Assembly (NCBI RefSeq): GCF_006345805.1
Contig: NC_043000.1
Location: forward strand, 47,988,001 to 48,052,000
DNA length: 64,000 bases
Source: Octopus sinensis
Taxonomy: Eukaryota
Direction: 5' to 3'
Shown here one piece after another: positions 1-13,224 of this stretch. The notes under the pieces were generated by a model. It searched no databases. It was given only the letters and a program-made list of their open reading frames with translations, and was not told the DNA's origin. How positions within the stretch are numbered: the first letter of the stretch is position 1; every line of letters starts with the position of its first letter. The position numbers were made by a program, and so were the translations under genes.

Positions 1-76
1 ATGTTCTTAGCTGATTAAGTGCTTTTCTACATGTTGAAGCCTTACCACATGATAAATTATATATTTATATAAATAT

Positions 77-239
77 AGGCATAGGAGTGGGTGTGTGGTA
101 AGTAGCTTGCTTACCAACCACATGGTTCCAGGTTCAGTCCCACTGCGTGGCACCTTAGGTAAGTGTCTTCTAATATAGCCTCGGGTCGACCAAAGCCTTG
201 TGAGTGGATTTGGCAGACGGAAACTGAAAGAAGCCCGTC

Positions 240-283
<44 letters not shown>

Positions 284-420
284 GTATACATGTGTGTGTA
301 TATGTTTGTGTGTCAGTGTTTGTCCCACCAACATCACTTGACAACCGATGCTGGTGTGTTTACGTCCCTGTAACTTAGCAGTTCGGCAAAAGGGACTGAT
401 AGAATATGTACTAATTTTAG
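77..420 (+). mobile_element. SINE family A (tRNA-like head + core + internal (TA)n + 3' half)
   Basis: The head GTGTGGTAAGTAGCTTGCTTACCAACCACATGGTTCCAGGTTCAGTCCC has A/B-box-like motifs. The same sequence recurs many times on both strands across the window. Confidence 0.8.
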
Positions 421-490
421 TACTGAGTCAATGTAATCAACTAGTATCCTCCCGCAAAATTTCAGGCTTTGTGTCTTATCATCATCATCA

Positions 491-529
<39 letters not shown>

Positions 530-551
530 TATTATATTATTATTATTATTA

Positions 552-850
552 TATGTTTGACTTTTGCTTTATATTTGTACAAGTTGGCTCCAAGTCTCAC
601 CCGGAGATCTCAAGAGACAACAGGTTGAAAGTTCACGTTGTTGTTATGCCTAGTGTGCCATATATTTGGTTGTTTTTTGTGTTGTACTAGTGGATGTCTA
701 AAAAAAAAAATGTTTGTTTTAAACCTTAAGATTACATAGAAAGTATTTTGCGTAGGATATGAGCAGTTCCCATGAGCACTATCTTTTGAATTTCTGCCAT
801 TTTTGGGTTTCCTGGTATCTGAGTTAGGTAGCAATCAGCCCCTTTTTCTA
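552..850 (-). mobile_element. Dong/R4-like non-LTR retrotransposon 3' fragment (ORF C-terminus + 3' UTR), flanked by (TAA)n
   Basis: Minus 850-732 translates to ...YLTQIPGNPKMAEIQKIVLMGTAHILRKILSM*, matching the QK.xLLGTAHILR terminus of R4/Dong-type elements as I recall it. It is followed by a 3' UTR and a (TAA)n tail. Confidence 0.7.
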
Positions 851-892
851 TCATATAATTATTATTATCATTATTATTATTATTATTATTCT

Positions 893-1050
893 ATGTTTGA
901 CTTTTGCTTTATATTTGTACAAGTTGGCTCCAAGTCTCACCCAGAGACCTCAAGAGACAACAGGTTGGAAGTTCATGTTGTTGTTATGCCTAGTGTGCCA
1001 TATATTTGGGGGGGGGAGTTTTTGGTGTTGTACTAATGAATGTCTAAAAT
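893..1050 (-). mobile_element. Second Dong/R4-like copy, 3' UTR only
   Basis: Near-identical direct repeat of about 552-710, bounded by (ATT)n runs. Confidence 0.65.
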
Positions 1051-1089
1051 ATTATCATTATTATTATTATATTATTATTATTATTTTTA

Positions 1090-1283
1090 TTTTTTTAGCG
1101 TGCTTTCACTTCACTACCGAGCACAGCTCTGTGTGCCTTGGGTATGTGCTGTAATTTGTTGTGATGCTCTGATGGTTATTGTATGGAAAGTGTTCTGCGT
1201 AGGATGTGTGCAGTGCCTAGTAGTGCAATTTTCTGTATGTTATATATGTTTGTAAGTCCTGGTGTTTTTGTTATGTATTTGTC

Positions 1284-1285
<2 letters not shown>
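1090..1285 (-). mobile_element. Dong/R4-like 3' fragment of a second subfamily
   Basis: Minus 1285-1176 translates to DKYITKTPGLTNIYNIQKIALLGTAHILRRTLSIQ*. The 3' UTR differs from the 552-850 copy. It is flanked by (TAA)n. Confidence 0.7.
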
Positions 1286-1356
<71 letters not shown>

Positions 1357-1381
1357 TATTATTATTATTATTGCTATTATT

Positions 1382-1597
1382 AAGGTGGTGAGCTGGCAGA
1401 ATTAATAGCATGCCAGGCAAAATATGCTTAGCAAGATTTCATCTGGTTTTAGGTTTTGAGTTCAAATTTGGCCAAGGTAGACTTTGCCTTTTATCCTTTT
1501 GGATTTGATAAATTAAGTACCAGTGAATCACTGACGTTGATGTGATCAACTGGTCCTCTCCCTCAAAATTTCAGGCCTTGTGCCTATATCAGAAAGG

Positions 1598-1600
<3 letters not shown>
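1382..1600 (+). mobile_element. SINE family B (degenerate copy)
   Basis: Head GGTGAGCTGGCAGAA...GAGTTCAAAT and core GACTTTGCCTTTTATCC...GATAAATTAAGTACCAG are shared with 19374-19605, 20188-20400 and 48690-48920. Confidence 0.7.
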
Positions 1601-1645
<45 letters not shown>

Positions 1646-1789
1646 ATCATTAATATATAATATTTGTTGTGGTTATGGTAAATGTGGTGGCCATTATGGT
1701 TGTGGTTGTGAAAGTGTTGTGATGGTGATGGTTGTTGTGGTAGAAGTGTGGCAGTGGTTGTGTTGCTGTGGTTATGGTTTCAGTGATAG

Positions 1790-2496
1790 TTTTAGTTCTG
1801 GTAGTGGAGTGTTGGTGGTGGTGGTGGTGGTGGTAGCAGTGATTGTGGTACTGGTGGGGGTAGTGGTGGTGGTGGTGGTGGTAGTGGGGGTAGTAGTAGT
1901 GGTGGTGGTTGTAGCAGTGGTGGTAGTAGTAGTGGTGGTGGCGGTTGTAGCAGTGATTTTACTAGCGGTGTTGGTAATGGTGGTAGTAACAGTGGTGGTG
2001 GTGGTGGTGGTGGTGGCGGCAGTGGTGGCGGTGATAGTATTGGATGTAGCAGTAAGAGCAGTAGTGATGGTGGCAGTGGCAGTGGCAGTTGTAGTGGTTG
2101 TGGTGGTGGTGGTGTTGGTGGAAGTAGTGCAGTAATGGTGGTGGTATTGGTGTCTACGGAAACTAATTTCTTTTGCCTGTCTCGTAATGCTATTGCTCCT
2201 GTTCCTACCAAATCCTGCTGTTTTTTGATGCTGCAGTTTAATAAACATTGCTGCTGCTACTGCTGCTGCTGCTGCTTATGATGATGATGATGATGATGAC
2301 GATGACGACGACGACGACGACGACGACGACGATGAGTCTATTGTTGTTGTTGTTTCCACCTCTGCTGGTGTCCTTACAAACTAAACATTTATTCCTTCCT
2401 CGCCCACCCGCTTCTTCAGAACTATTTCATGATCAGCAATGCTGTTGTTCCCTTCTCCCTTTCTACCTTCCTTTCTTCCTTTCTACCACTACTAAA

Positions 2497-2553
<57 letters not shown>

Positions 2554-2632
2554 ACTACTACTACTACTACTACTACTATTGCTGCTGCTACTACTACTAT
2601 TGCTGCTGCTACTACTACTATTGCTGCTGCTG

Positions 2633-2674
<42 letters not shown>

Positions 2675-2880
2675 TCAATGATGATAATGAGGAGGGTGCC
2701 ACATTCGTCGCTGTCAGAGGTGGTGCTGCTTTCGCTGCTAATATCACTACTGAAACTGTTGCTGCTTTTGCTGAAGTTGTGGCTGCTGCTGCTGCTGCCA
2801 TTGCTGTTGTTGCTGCTGTTGTTGTTGTTGTTGTTGTTGCTGCTGCTGCTGCACATCTTGTTACTGCTGCTGTAGCTTCT
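1790..2880. repeat. Compound trinucleotide microsatellite field (GTG/GTA, GCT, GAT, GAC, CTA, GTT)
   Basis: Directly visible; it generates the poly-V/T/A/L/S ORFs in the ORF track. Confidence 0.95.
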
Positions 2881-2979
2881 TGTGCAGAGAGGCTGTGAGG
2901 TAATACTGTTGCCACATCCACAGAAATAATTGGTGCTTGTCACTAGCGGTCTTTAACAAATGAGTGTGTGGCCCCCTTG

Positions 2980-3014
<35 letters not shown>

Positions 3015-3074
3015 ACACACAAACGCACACATGCACACATACATATACAAGTATATATATGTATATATTATTCT

Positions 3075-3480
3075 CTCTTTCACTCTTTTACTTGTTTCAA
3101 TCACGTGACTGTGGCCATGCTGGAGCACCGCCTTTAGTCGAGCAAATCGACCCCAGGACTTATTCTTTGTAAGCCTAGTACTTATTCTATCGGTCTCTTT
3201 TGCCGAACCACTAAGTTATGGGGACGTAAACAACACCAGCATCGGTTGTCAAGCGATGTTGGGGGGACAAACACAGACACACAAACATATACACACACAT
3301 ACATATATATATATACATATATACGACAGGCTTCTTTCAGTTTCCGTCTGCCAAATCCACTCACAAGGCATTGGTTGGCCCGAGGCTATAGCAGAAGACA
3401 CTTGCCCAAGGTGCCACACAGTGGGACTGAACCCGGAACCATGTAGTTGGTTAGCAAGCTACTTACCACACAGCCACTCC
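3075..3480 (-). mobile_element. SINE family A, near full length
   Basis: Reverse complement of the family A layout, including the AAAAGAGT-type tail at the left end. Confidence 0.8.
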
Positions 3481-4057
3481 TACACTATATATTATATATA
3501 TATCTTTTTACCTTTGACATGTTTCAGTCGTTAGACTGTGGCCATGCTGGTGCACATCCTTGAAGAATTTTTAGTCAAACGAATTGACCTCAGTATTTAT
3601 ATTCTTCTTTAAGCCTTCTGCTTATTTTATCACTCTCTTCCGTCAAACAGCTAAGTCACAGAGGTGTAAACTCAGCGACACTGGTTGTTGAGTGTTGGTG
3701 GGGAATAAACACAGGCCCAAAGACACAGACCTACGTTGTACAGGCATGGATGTATGGTATGAAGCTTGTTTCTCAACCATACGGTTCCAGGTTCAGTTCC
3801 ACTGAGAGGCACCTAGGGCAAATATCTTCTTGTATAGTCTCGGGCTGACCAAAGCCTGAGTGGATTTTGTAGCTGAAAACTGAAAGAAGCACATAGTATG
3901 TATGTGTGTGTGTGTGTGTAAAATATAATTACTAAGGGTAAAAATTATTATTGAAAAATAACAATTTATACCGGTAGCCAGCAGCAACAGTAAAAAAAAT
4001 TGAAGGACTGTAAATTATATTCAAATATATAAGATAAGATGAAAACCACTAAGCATG

Positions 4058-4097
<40 letters not shown>

Positions 4098-4121
4098 TAG
4101 AGAGAGAGAGAGATAGATACA

Positions 4122-4154
<33 letters not shown>

Positions 4155-4564
4155 GTATGTATGTATGTATATTTGTGTGTGTGTGTCTGTGTCTTTGTGT
4201 CTGTGCTAGTTGTCTCCCACCACTGCTTAACAAGTGATGTGGGTGTGTTTACGTCACCATAATTTAACGCTTCGTCAAAGGAAACTGATAGATTAAGTAC
4301 TAAATTTTTTTTTTTAAATTAAGTCCTGGGTTCAATTTCTTCAACTAAAAATCCTTCAAGATGGTGCATCAGTCTGGTGCTTCTTTTAGTTTCTGTCTAC
4401 TAAATCCACTCATTAACCCAAGATGCCATTCCATGGGACTGAAGCCAGAGTTATATGGTTGAGAAGCAAGCACCTTACCACATAACTACACCTGCAGCCT
4501 AGTATATCTTTGAACTCTCTCTATCTATCTATGCGTGCATATATATGTATAAATAAATATATAT

Positions 4565-4718
4565 ATATTGTTTACCAACCACATGGTTGCGGGTTCAGTC
4601 CCACTGTGTGGCACCTTGGGCAAGTGTCTTCTACTATAGCCTCAGGCTGATCAAAGCCTTGTGAGTGGATTTGGTAGACGGAAACTGAAAAAAAGCCTGT
4701 CGTATATATGTATATATG

Positions 4719-4764
<46 letters not shown>

Positions 4765-4985
4765 TGTGTGTGTTTGTGTGTCTGTGTTTCTCCCCCTAGC
4801 ATTGCTTGACAACCAATGCTGGTGTGTTTATGTCCCCGTTACTTACCGGTTCGGTAAAAGAGACCAATAAAATAAGTACTGGGCTTACAAAAAGAAGAAG
4901 ACCCGGGGTCGAGTTGCTTGATTAAAGGCGGTGCTCCAGCATGGCCGCAGTCAAATGACTGAAACAAGTAAAAGAGTAAAAGAGT
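4565..4985 (+). mobile_element. SINE family A
   Basis: Head, internal (TA)n and 3' half ending GAAACAAGTAAAAGAGTAAAAGAGT. Confidence 0.8.
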
Positions 4986-5029
4986 ATATATATATATATA
5001 TACATACATATATATATATTATATATATA

Positions 5030-5147
<118 letters not shown>

Positions 5148-5149
5148 TA

Positions 5150-5368
5150 TATGAAGGGGTGCTGAAAATGTCCTATCTTTGAGTAAAAGGAACTATATGA
5201 AGATCAGTTAATTATGATTTTATTGAACATATTCCCCTCTCAGGTTCACACACTTATTGCAGCGGTCTATCAGTTTTTCTAAGCCGTGTAAAAAACCCTA
5301 TGTTTGGGCCTTCAACCAGGCCTTTTGAGGTATCATTAAAACCAGGAACTTTTCAGCACTGCATCATA
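5150..5368 (-). mobile_element. Mariner-derived MITE
   Basis: Imperfect TIRs TATGAAGGGGTGCTGAAAATGTCCT / CCAGGAACTTTTCAGCACTGCATCATA with TA ends. The minus strand retains ...KLIDRCNKCVNLRGEYVQ*, which resembles a mariner transposase C-terminus. Confidence 0.7.
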
Positions 5369-5759
5369 TATGTGTGTGTATGTATGTGTGTATGTGTGTA
5401 TGTGTGTGTGTGTGTGTGTGTGCATGTGCGTGTGTGTATTCTTTTATTCTTTTTCTTCTTTTACTTATTTCAGTCATTTAACTGTGGCCATGCTGGAGCA
5501 CCACCTTTAGTCAAACTAATCTACCCCAGGAATTATTCTTTGTAAGCCTAATACTTATCCTATCAGTCTCTTTTGATGAACTGCTAATGTACAGGGACAG
5601 GAACAGATTAACAACAGTTCTCAAGTGATGGTGGGTGAACAAACACAGACACACACACTCATGGCTATATATAATAGAAGGTACTTGCCCAAGGTGCTAT
5701 ACAGTAGGACTGAACCCGGAACCGTGGGGCTGGGAAGCAAGCTTCTTACCATAAAGCTA

Positions 5760-5804
<45 letters not shown>

Positions 5805-6313
5805 GCACGCTTCATTCAGTTTCCATCTACCAAATTTATTCACAAGGCTTTGATTGGCCTGAAGCTATAGCAGAAGACATTTGCTCAGGGTGCCATGCAG
5901 TGGGACTGAACCCAGAACCATGTGGTTGAGAAGCAAGCTTCTTAGCACACACCCACACCTGTGCCTATATATATATATATATAGAAAGAAAGAGAGAGCG
6001 AGAGTGAGTGAGTGAGACGGAGATAGAAGAGACAGACAGACAGACAGAGACACAATGTATTTTTGTATTTTTATGGGTGTATGTATATGCGTTTGTGTAT
6101 ATTTGTGTGTATGCATATGGTTGCTGACAATCCATAGTTTTGACATATATACGTATTTAGCACAGATGAACATATATATTCATATATGTGAGGGTGTATG
6201 TGTTTATGTGTATGTGTATGTACAGACACTAAGATATACACGCATATATTTCTCTAACTCACATTCTCTATTTCATTCTCACTCTCTTTCACACACCCTC
6301 TCATGTATCCTTC

Positions 6314-6354
<41 letters not shown>

Positions 6355-6599
6355 CTTTATTCTCTGACTCACTTATTGAAATACCGATATGCAGGGGTGC
6401 AACCTCGAAGGATTTTAGCTGTTCATATCACACCCAGTAAATTATTTTTAAGTCAAGTATTTAGTGGATTGATTTATATTTATTATACTCCTATGTCAAA
6501 GGGCACAAATGCAACATCACTCTTTTTTAAGCACTGAAAATGTAAAAATAGAATTAGAAATAGATATTGCCCAAACACACACATACATGTAAAACAATG

Positions 6600-6951
6600 T
6601 ATAATATGTATCTATCTATATCTATCTATCTATATCTATATATATATATATGTATATATTTATAGATATATATATACATATATATATACAGATATATGTA
6701 CATATATATTTATAGATATATATATACATATATATTTATAGATGTATATATACATACATATTTATAGATATATATATATACATATATATATATACATATA
6801 TATATATACATATATATACATATATATGTACATATATATACATATATATATACATATATATACATATATATATACATATATATATATACATATATACATA
6901 TATATACATATATATATACATATATATGTACATATATATACATATATATAC

Positions 6952-6984
<33 letters not shown>

Positions 6985-7225
6985 CATATATACATATATA
7001 TACATATATATATACATATATATATACATATATATACATATATATATACATATATATATACATATATATACATATATATATATATACATAATATATACAT
7101 ATATATACATATATATACATATATATATAACAATATATACATATATTCATATTATATATATATATATATATATAATATACACATATATACATATATATAC
7201 ATATATATGTATATAAATATATATA
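6600..7225. repeat. Long interrupted (TA)n/(ATATATATAC)n microsatellite
   Basis: Directly visible; it is the source of the YI-repeat ORFs. Confidence 0.95.
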
Positions 7226-7274
7226 TTAGGTATTTTTATATGTGTGTGCATGTGTATGTGTATATATGTATGTA

Positions 7275-10200
7275 CACATTAGTTCTTCACCATAGGACAG
7301 CTACCATCATCTCGGCATATGCCCCTCAACCAGGGCTACCGGAAGGACAAAAAGACCAATTCTATGACACCCTATTGCAGACTACCTCATTGACAAATGA
7401 CAGTGACCTTCTCTTCGTGGCAGGTGATTTCAATGGACATGTTGGACGACATGTCGGGGGCTTTCATGGCGTCCATGGAGGCTACGGTTTTGGCTCTCGA
7501 AATGAGGAAGGAACCAGGCTGCTGGAGTTCTGCGATGCAAATGACCTTATGGTCTGCAATACCCACTTCAGGAAACCCACCTCTCCACCTAGTCACCTAC
7601 CGTTCTGGCAGACACACCAGCCAGATTGACTACATCCTTGCCAGAAAAAGGGAAAGAGGGCTGATTATAAATGCAAAACCTTCCCAGGCGAAGAATGTAC
7701 TCCCCAACATAGATTAGTAGTTAGCGACTTCAGGATCAGAGCTAAATGGTTGCCCAGAAGAAGACCAGCTTGGAGGAGAAGGGTCTGGAAGCTTAAAGAT
7801 CCTGCAAATGGACAGAGATTTAGAGACATACTACTCGAAGCCTCTGACGAAATAGAAGGGGATATAGCTTCACTTAATGTGGAAGACAACTGGAGATTCC
7901 TACGGGACAATCTGCTGACAGCCACTGACCAGATCTGTGGATGGAGCAAAGTACCATCTCGACCCAGAGTAACATGGTGGTGGAACACTGTGGTTGACAG
8001 GGCTATTAGACAAAAGAGACAGGCTTGGAAGGACTGGAAGAACGGTGGTAGCAGGGAATTGTATCAGACAGCCAAAAGGGAAGCTAGGAGACAGGTTTAT
8101 TAGCCAGAGGGGAAGCGGATAAGAAAAAATTTGCCAATGTTCTGAGCCGTGAGGATGAAAGACTTGAGGTATTTCGTGTTGCAAGACAGTGTGTGAGAGA
8201 GAATCGTGATGTGGTAGGAGAGAAGTGTGTTCGCATGGATGATGGTTCACTTGCGCTAAATGAGGATGCAAAGAGAGAGGTTTGGAGATGCCACTATGAA
8301 AGGTTGCTGAATAAAGAAAATGAATGGGATAAAGAGAGTCTGCCGAATGTTGACCCAACAGAGGGACCAGCTATCCGAGTTGATAGTTCCGTGGTAGCTA
8401 AGGCAATTAGAAGCATGAAGACAGGGAAAGCCCCAGGCCCATCAGGAATTACTGCAGAGATGCTCAAAATATCTGGCAGTGTCGGCTATAACCAGTCACT
8501 CGTATAGTCAACCAGGTGATACACGAAGGAGTCATACCCAATGACTGGTGTAGCAGCATACTAGTCAACTGCTACAAAGGTAAAGGTGATGCCCTGGATA
8601 CAAATAATTACAGAGGTATCAAGCTGTTGGATCAGGTAATGAAGGTTACGGAGAGGGTCATAGCCCAACTAATTAGAGAGAGAGTTAGTTTAGATGAGAT
8701 GCAGTTTGGGTTTGTCCCAGGAAAAGCACCACTGATGCTATATTCCTGGTAAGGCAGCTGCAGGAGAAATACCTAGCCAAAGATAAGCCCCTGTACCTGG
8801 CTTTCGTTGACATGGAGAAAGCCTTTGATAGGGTCCCCCGATCCCTCATCTGGTGGTCAATGAGGAAACTAGGGATAGATGAATGGCTGGTGAGGGCTGT
8901 GCAAGCCATGTACAGAGATGCCGTAAGTAAGGTTAGAGTTGGCAGCATGTACACAGAAGAATTCAAGGTAGAGGTTGGGGTCCACCAGGGTTCAGTACTC
9001 AGCCCCCTCCTATTTATCATAGTCCTCCAGGCAATTGTGGAGGATTCAAGACAGGTTGCCCCTGGGAGCTCCTCTATGCTGACGACCTCGCTCTAATCGC
9101 TGAGTCACTATCAGAACTGGAGGAGAAGTTCCAGGTGTGGAAGGAGGGTTTAGAATCGAGGGGCCTTAGAGTCAACCTAGCTGAAACCAAAGTACTAATA
9201 AGTAGAAAGTTAGAAAATCCACAAATATCCTCAGGAAGATGGCCCTGCTCGATCTGTAGAAAAGGTGTAGGTAGAAACTCTATAAGATGTACCCAGTGTA
9301 AGCTATGGACACATAAGAGGTGCAGCAATGTCAAAGGTAGGCTAACTGGGAAGATAGTTTTTGTATGTGGCAGATGCTCTGGAGCATTGACCTTCGAAAA
9401 TCTGCAGAAAACAACTTCCGTCACTTTCCGGGGGGAAAAACTAGAAGTAGTTGATAGCTTCCGCTATCTAGGTGACCAAGTCAGTAGTGGGGGCGGGTGC
9501 GCTGAAAGTGTAACTGCTAGAATAAGAATAGCCTGGGCAAAGTTTAGGGAGCTCTTACCTCTGCTGGTGACTAAAGGCCTCTCACTCAGAGTAAAAGGCA
9601 GACTGTATGATGCATGTGTACGAACAGCTATGCTACATGGCAGTGAAACATGGGCCGTGACTGCTGAGGACATGCGTAAGCTTGTGAGGAACGAAGCCAG
9701 TATGCTCCGATGGATGTGTAATGTCAGTGTACTTACTCGACAGAGCGTTAGTACCTTGAGAGAAATGTTGTACCTAAGAAGCATCAGTTGTTGTGTGCAA
9801 GAGAGACGATTGCGCTGGTATGGTCATGTGGCGAGAATGGATGAAGATAGGTGTGTGAGAAAGTGCCAATCCCTAGCAGTTGAGGAACCCGTGGAAGAGG
9901 TAGACCCAGGAAAACCTGGGACGAAGTGGTGAAGCACGACCTTCGGACGTTAGGTCTCACCATGGAAATGACTAGAGACCGAGACCTATGGAAGTATGCT
10001 GTGCCTGAGAAGACCCGCAAGACTAGTGAAGCCATAATCCGTGGCCCCTACCTGGGACGTAGTCAGTCCACCTGTGCATACCTTCCTTCTTGTGACACTT
10101 GTGAGACCTGTTGAGGCAAGTGAGAATCGAATCGAATCAAATCAAATCAAATCGAACCAAATCAAAATAGATGAACATCAATGGAATTTGTATCCTTGTG

Positions 10201-10596
10201 GTACCAGTGCCGGTGGCACATAAGAAAACCATCCGAACGTGATCGTAGCCAGTACTGCAACGACTGGCCTCCGTGCTGAGGGCACATAACAAACACCATC
10301 CGAGCGTGGCCGTCCGCCAGCCTCGTCTGGCACCTGTGTCGGTGGCACATAAAAAACACCATCCGAGCGTGGCCGTCTGCCAGCCTCGTCTGGCACCTGT
10401 GTCGGCGGCACATAAAATCACCCACTACACTCTCAGAGTGGTTGGCGTTAGGAAGGGCATCCAGCTGTAGAAACACTGCCAGATCTGACTGGCCTGGTGC
10501 AGCCTTCGGGCTTGCCAGACCCCAGTTGAACCGTCCAACCCATGCTAGCATGGAAAGCGGACGTTAAACGATGATGATGGTGATGATGATGATGAT
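7275..10596 (+). mobile_element. RTE-clade LINE, 5'-truncated and inactivated (APE + RT + PHD-like insertion + 3' UTR + (GAT)n tail)
   Basis: APE motifs [17 protein letters not shown] and SQIDYIL. RT motifs DMEKAFDRVPR, GVHQGSVLSPLLF, LYADD (YADD at 9075-9086) and FRYLG. RTE-type C-terminus MLHGSETW...RLRWYGHV. Several frameshifts and a TAG at 8101. Confidence 0.92.
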
Positions 10597-10619
10597 ATGT
10601 GTGTGAGAGGAAAATTAGA

Positions 10620-11290
10620 CTTAAGAAGAATATGATGTAGTGTGCAAGAGAGACGATTGCACTGGTATGGTCATGTGATGCATATAGATGCAGACAGCCA
10701 TGTAAAGAAGTGCTGATCTCTAACTGTGGAGGGGCCCAGTGGTAGAGGTAGACCCAGGAAGACATGAGATGGGGTGGTGAAGCAGAATCTTCAAACAGAG
10801 GCAATAACTAGTGACCAACACCTTTGGCGATGTGCTCTGCTTAAGAGGACCCATCAAGCCAAGTGCACCCATGCTGGTGGCCCGTAAAAGATCAGCCTTT
10901 GAACATTGGACCTGACAGAGGCAAAATGGCTGAGTTCCTTTCGAATGTTGGGCCTCATGGAGACAAAATGGCCTAGTTCCTTTCGTGTGTAGGATCTCAT
11001 GGAGGCTATGACCAGAGCCACTGGCATTATGTTGTGCTTGAGAAGAAGACTCATCAAGCTGAGCAAAATTGCAGTCATGGCAAATACCAGTGTCACACAA
11101 ATGGCACCCATGCCAATGGCGCATGAGAGCACCCACTACATACTCGGAGTAGTTAGGAAAGGCATCCATCGGTAGAAAACCAAACCAAATCAGATTGGAG
11201 CCTGGTGCAGCCTTCCAGCGTGCCAGCCCAGTCAAACCATCCAATCTATGGACAGTGGACGTTAAATAAAGATGATGATGATGATGATGA
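10620..11290 (+). mobile_element. Older RTE 3' fragment of the same or a related family
   Basis: GAGAGACGATTGCACTGGTATGGTCATGTG (RL.WYGHV) followed by a degenerate 3' UTR and a (GAT)n tail. Confidence 0.7.
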
Positions 11291-11337
11291 TGTGTATATA
11301 TATATGTACGTATGAATGCATTCATATGCATATCACA

Positions 11338-11630
11338 TCACATGATCACATGACCGACCAGACCATCAGAGGTTGTTATACATCGCTGGTCACAATGCGT
11401 TCGCATTATTTTAGCCTTCGAATGATGCCATCCCGCTGGCTAAGCGAGCAGGCCAACAGAAGAAAGAGTGGTGAAAGAGTACAGCAGGAATCACCACCCC
11501 CTGCCGGAGCCTCGTGGAGCTTTTAGGTGTTTTCGCTCAATAAACACTCACAACGCCCAGTCTGGGAATCGAAACCACGATCCTACGAGCACGAGTTCAC
11601 TGCCCTAACCACTGGGCCATTGCGCCTCCA
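11338..11630 (-). mobile_element. SINE family C
   Basis: tRNA-like head on minus (GTGGAGGCGCAATGGCCCAGTGGTTAGGGCAG...GGTTTCGATTCCCAG). The body matches 38222-38487. Confidence 0.75.
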
Positions 11631-12002
11631 CACATATGTGTATATACACATATGTATGCATACATATCTTTTATCGTTTGCTTGTTTCAGTCATTAGGCT
11701 ACTGCTATGCTGCGGTACCACCTTGAGAAGTCTTAGTCAGTACTTATCATCTTTTTTGTAAAGTCTGATACTTACTCCATTATCTTCTTTTGCCAAACTG
11801 CTAAGTTACACGGATATATAAGCACTCCAACACCAGTTGTCAAGCAGTGGTGAACGACAAATATAAACAAAGACAGCCAAACACACACATGCGTGCACAG
11901 ATACATGCAGACACACACACACACATACACACACACACACACATACACACACGCACACACACTCACACACACTCACTTGCATTTGTTCAAAATGTAACCA
12001 TA

Positions 12003-12350
12003 CTCTTTTTACTTGTTTCAGTCATTTGACTGTGGCCATGCTGGAGCACTGCCTTTAGTCGAGCAAATCGACCCCGGGACTTATTCTTTGTAAGCCCAGT
12101 ACTTATTCTATCGGTCTCTTTTGCTGAACCGCTAAGTGACAGGGATGTAAACACACCAGCATCGGTTGTCAAGCAATGCTCAGAGGACAAACACAGACAC
12201 ACAAACACACACATACATATATATACATATATACGACAGGCTTCTTTCACTTTCCGTCTACCAAACCCACTCACAAGATGGCACACAGTGGGACTGAACC
12301 CGGAACCATGTGGTTGGTTAGCAAGCTACTTACTACACAGCCACTCCTGC
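12003..12350 (-). mobile_element. SINE family A (internal deletion in left half)
   Basis: Sequence identity with other family A copies. Confidence 0.75.
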
Positions 12351-12886
12351 ATCTGCCCATATGTGAATCATTGGTGATTTTTTTTTCTTTATTTTCCTTT
12401 TCTCTTGGACTTTCCTCTGTCCTTTGTTTCTGAAGGACTTTGCTTGAAACATATAACCACCTTTCTTTCCTTCCCTGAGCATCTGCTAATACTTTGCATG
12501 TACCATGTCCTTGTGTTGTTGTTTCTTTTTTTTCCTGTATTTGTTTTTTGTTTCTTTCGATTTACTATGTATATACACACACACACACACACACATATAT
12601 ATATTTATACACACACACACACACTCACACACACATACATATATATTTATACACACACACACACACACACACAACAGACTTCTTTCAGTTTCCGTCTACC
12701 AGCTCCACTCACAAGGATTTGGTCAGCCCAAAGCTACAGTAGCAGACATTTGCCCAAGGTGCCATGTAGTGACGCTGAGTCCAGAACCATATGGTTGGGA
12801 AGCAAACATCTAACAACACAGCCACACCGGCACTTGTGTATAAATATGAAATATATATTGTTACATAACATAATATATATATATGA

Positions 12887-12918
<32 letters not shown>

Positions 12919-12928
12919 TACACAGCAC

Positions 12929-12976
<48 letters not shown>

Positions 12977-13193
12977 TTTATTCGTTTCAGTCATTTGATT
13001 GTAGCCATGCTGGAGCACTGCCTTTAGTCAAACAAATCGACCCCAGGACTTATTCAATCTCTTTTGCTGAACCGCTGAGTTACGGGGACATAAACACACC
13101 AGCGTTGGTTATCAAGCGATGTTGGGAGGACAAACGCAGACACACAAACATATACAACATACACATATACACACATATACATATATATATATT

Positions 13194-13224
<31 letters not shown>

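Noticed and set aside
77-150. tRNA gene calls for SINE heads
   Set aside because: There are A/B-box-like motifs but no complete cloverleaf seen, and each is followed by a SINE body in many dispersed copies.
1542-2943. Long poly-V/T/A/L/S ORFs
   Set aside because: They are products of trinucleotide microsatellites, open on both strands and in several frames, with no complex sequence.
6710-7270. YI-repeat ORFs, including the N-terminal extensions of ORFs 6742-7629 and 29329-30615
   Set aside because: They are translations of (TA)n tracts fused by chance to LINE fragments.
10210-10420. CRISPR-like repeat array (also 51845-52140)
   Set aside because: The units are tandem near-copies without unique spacers, lie in a LINE 3' UTR, and there are no cas genes in this eukaryotic context.
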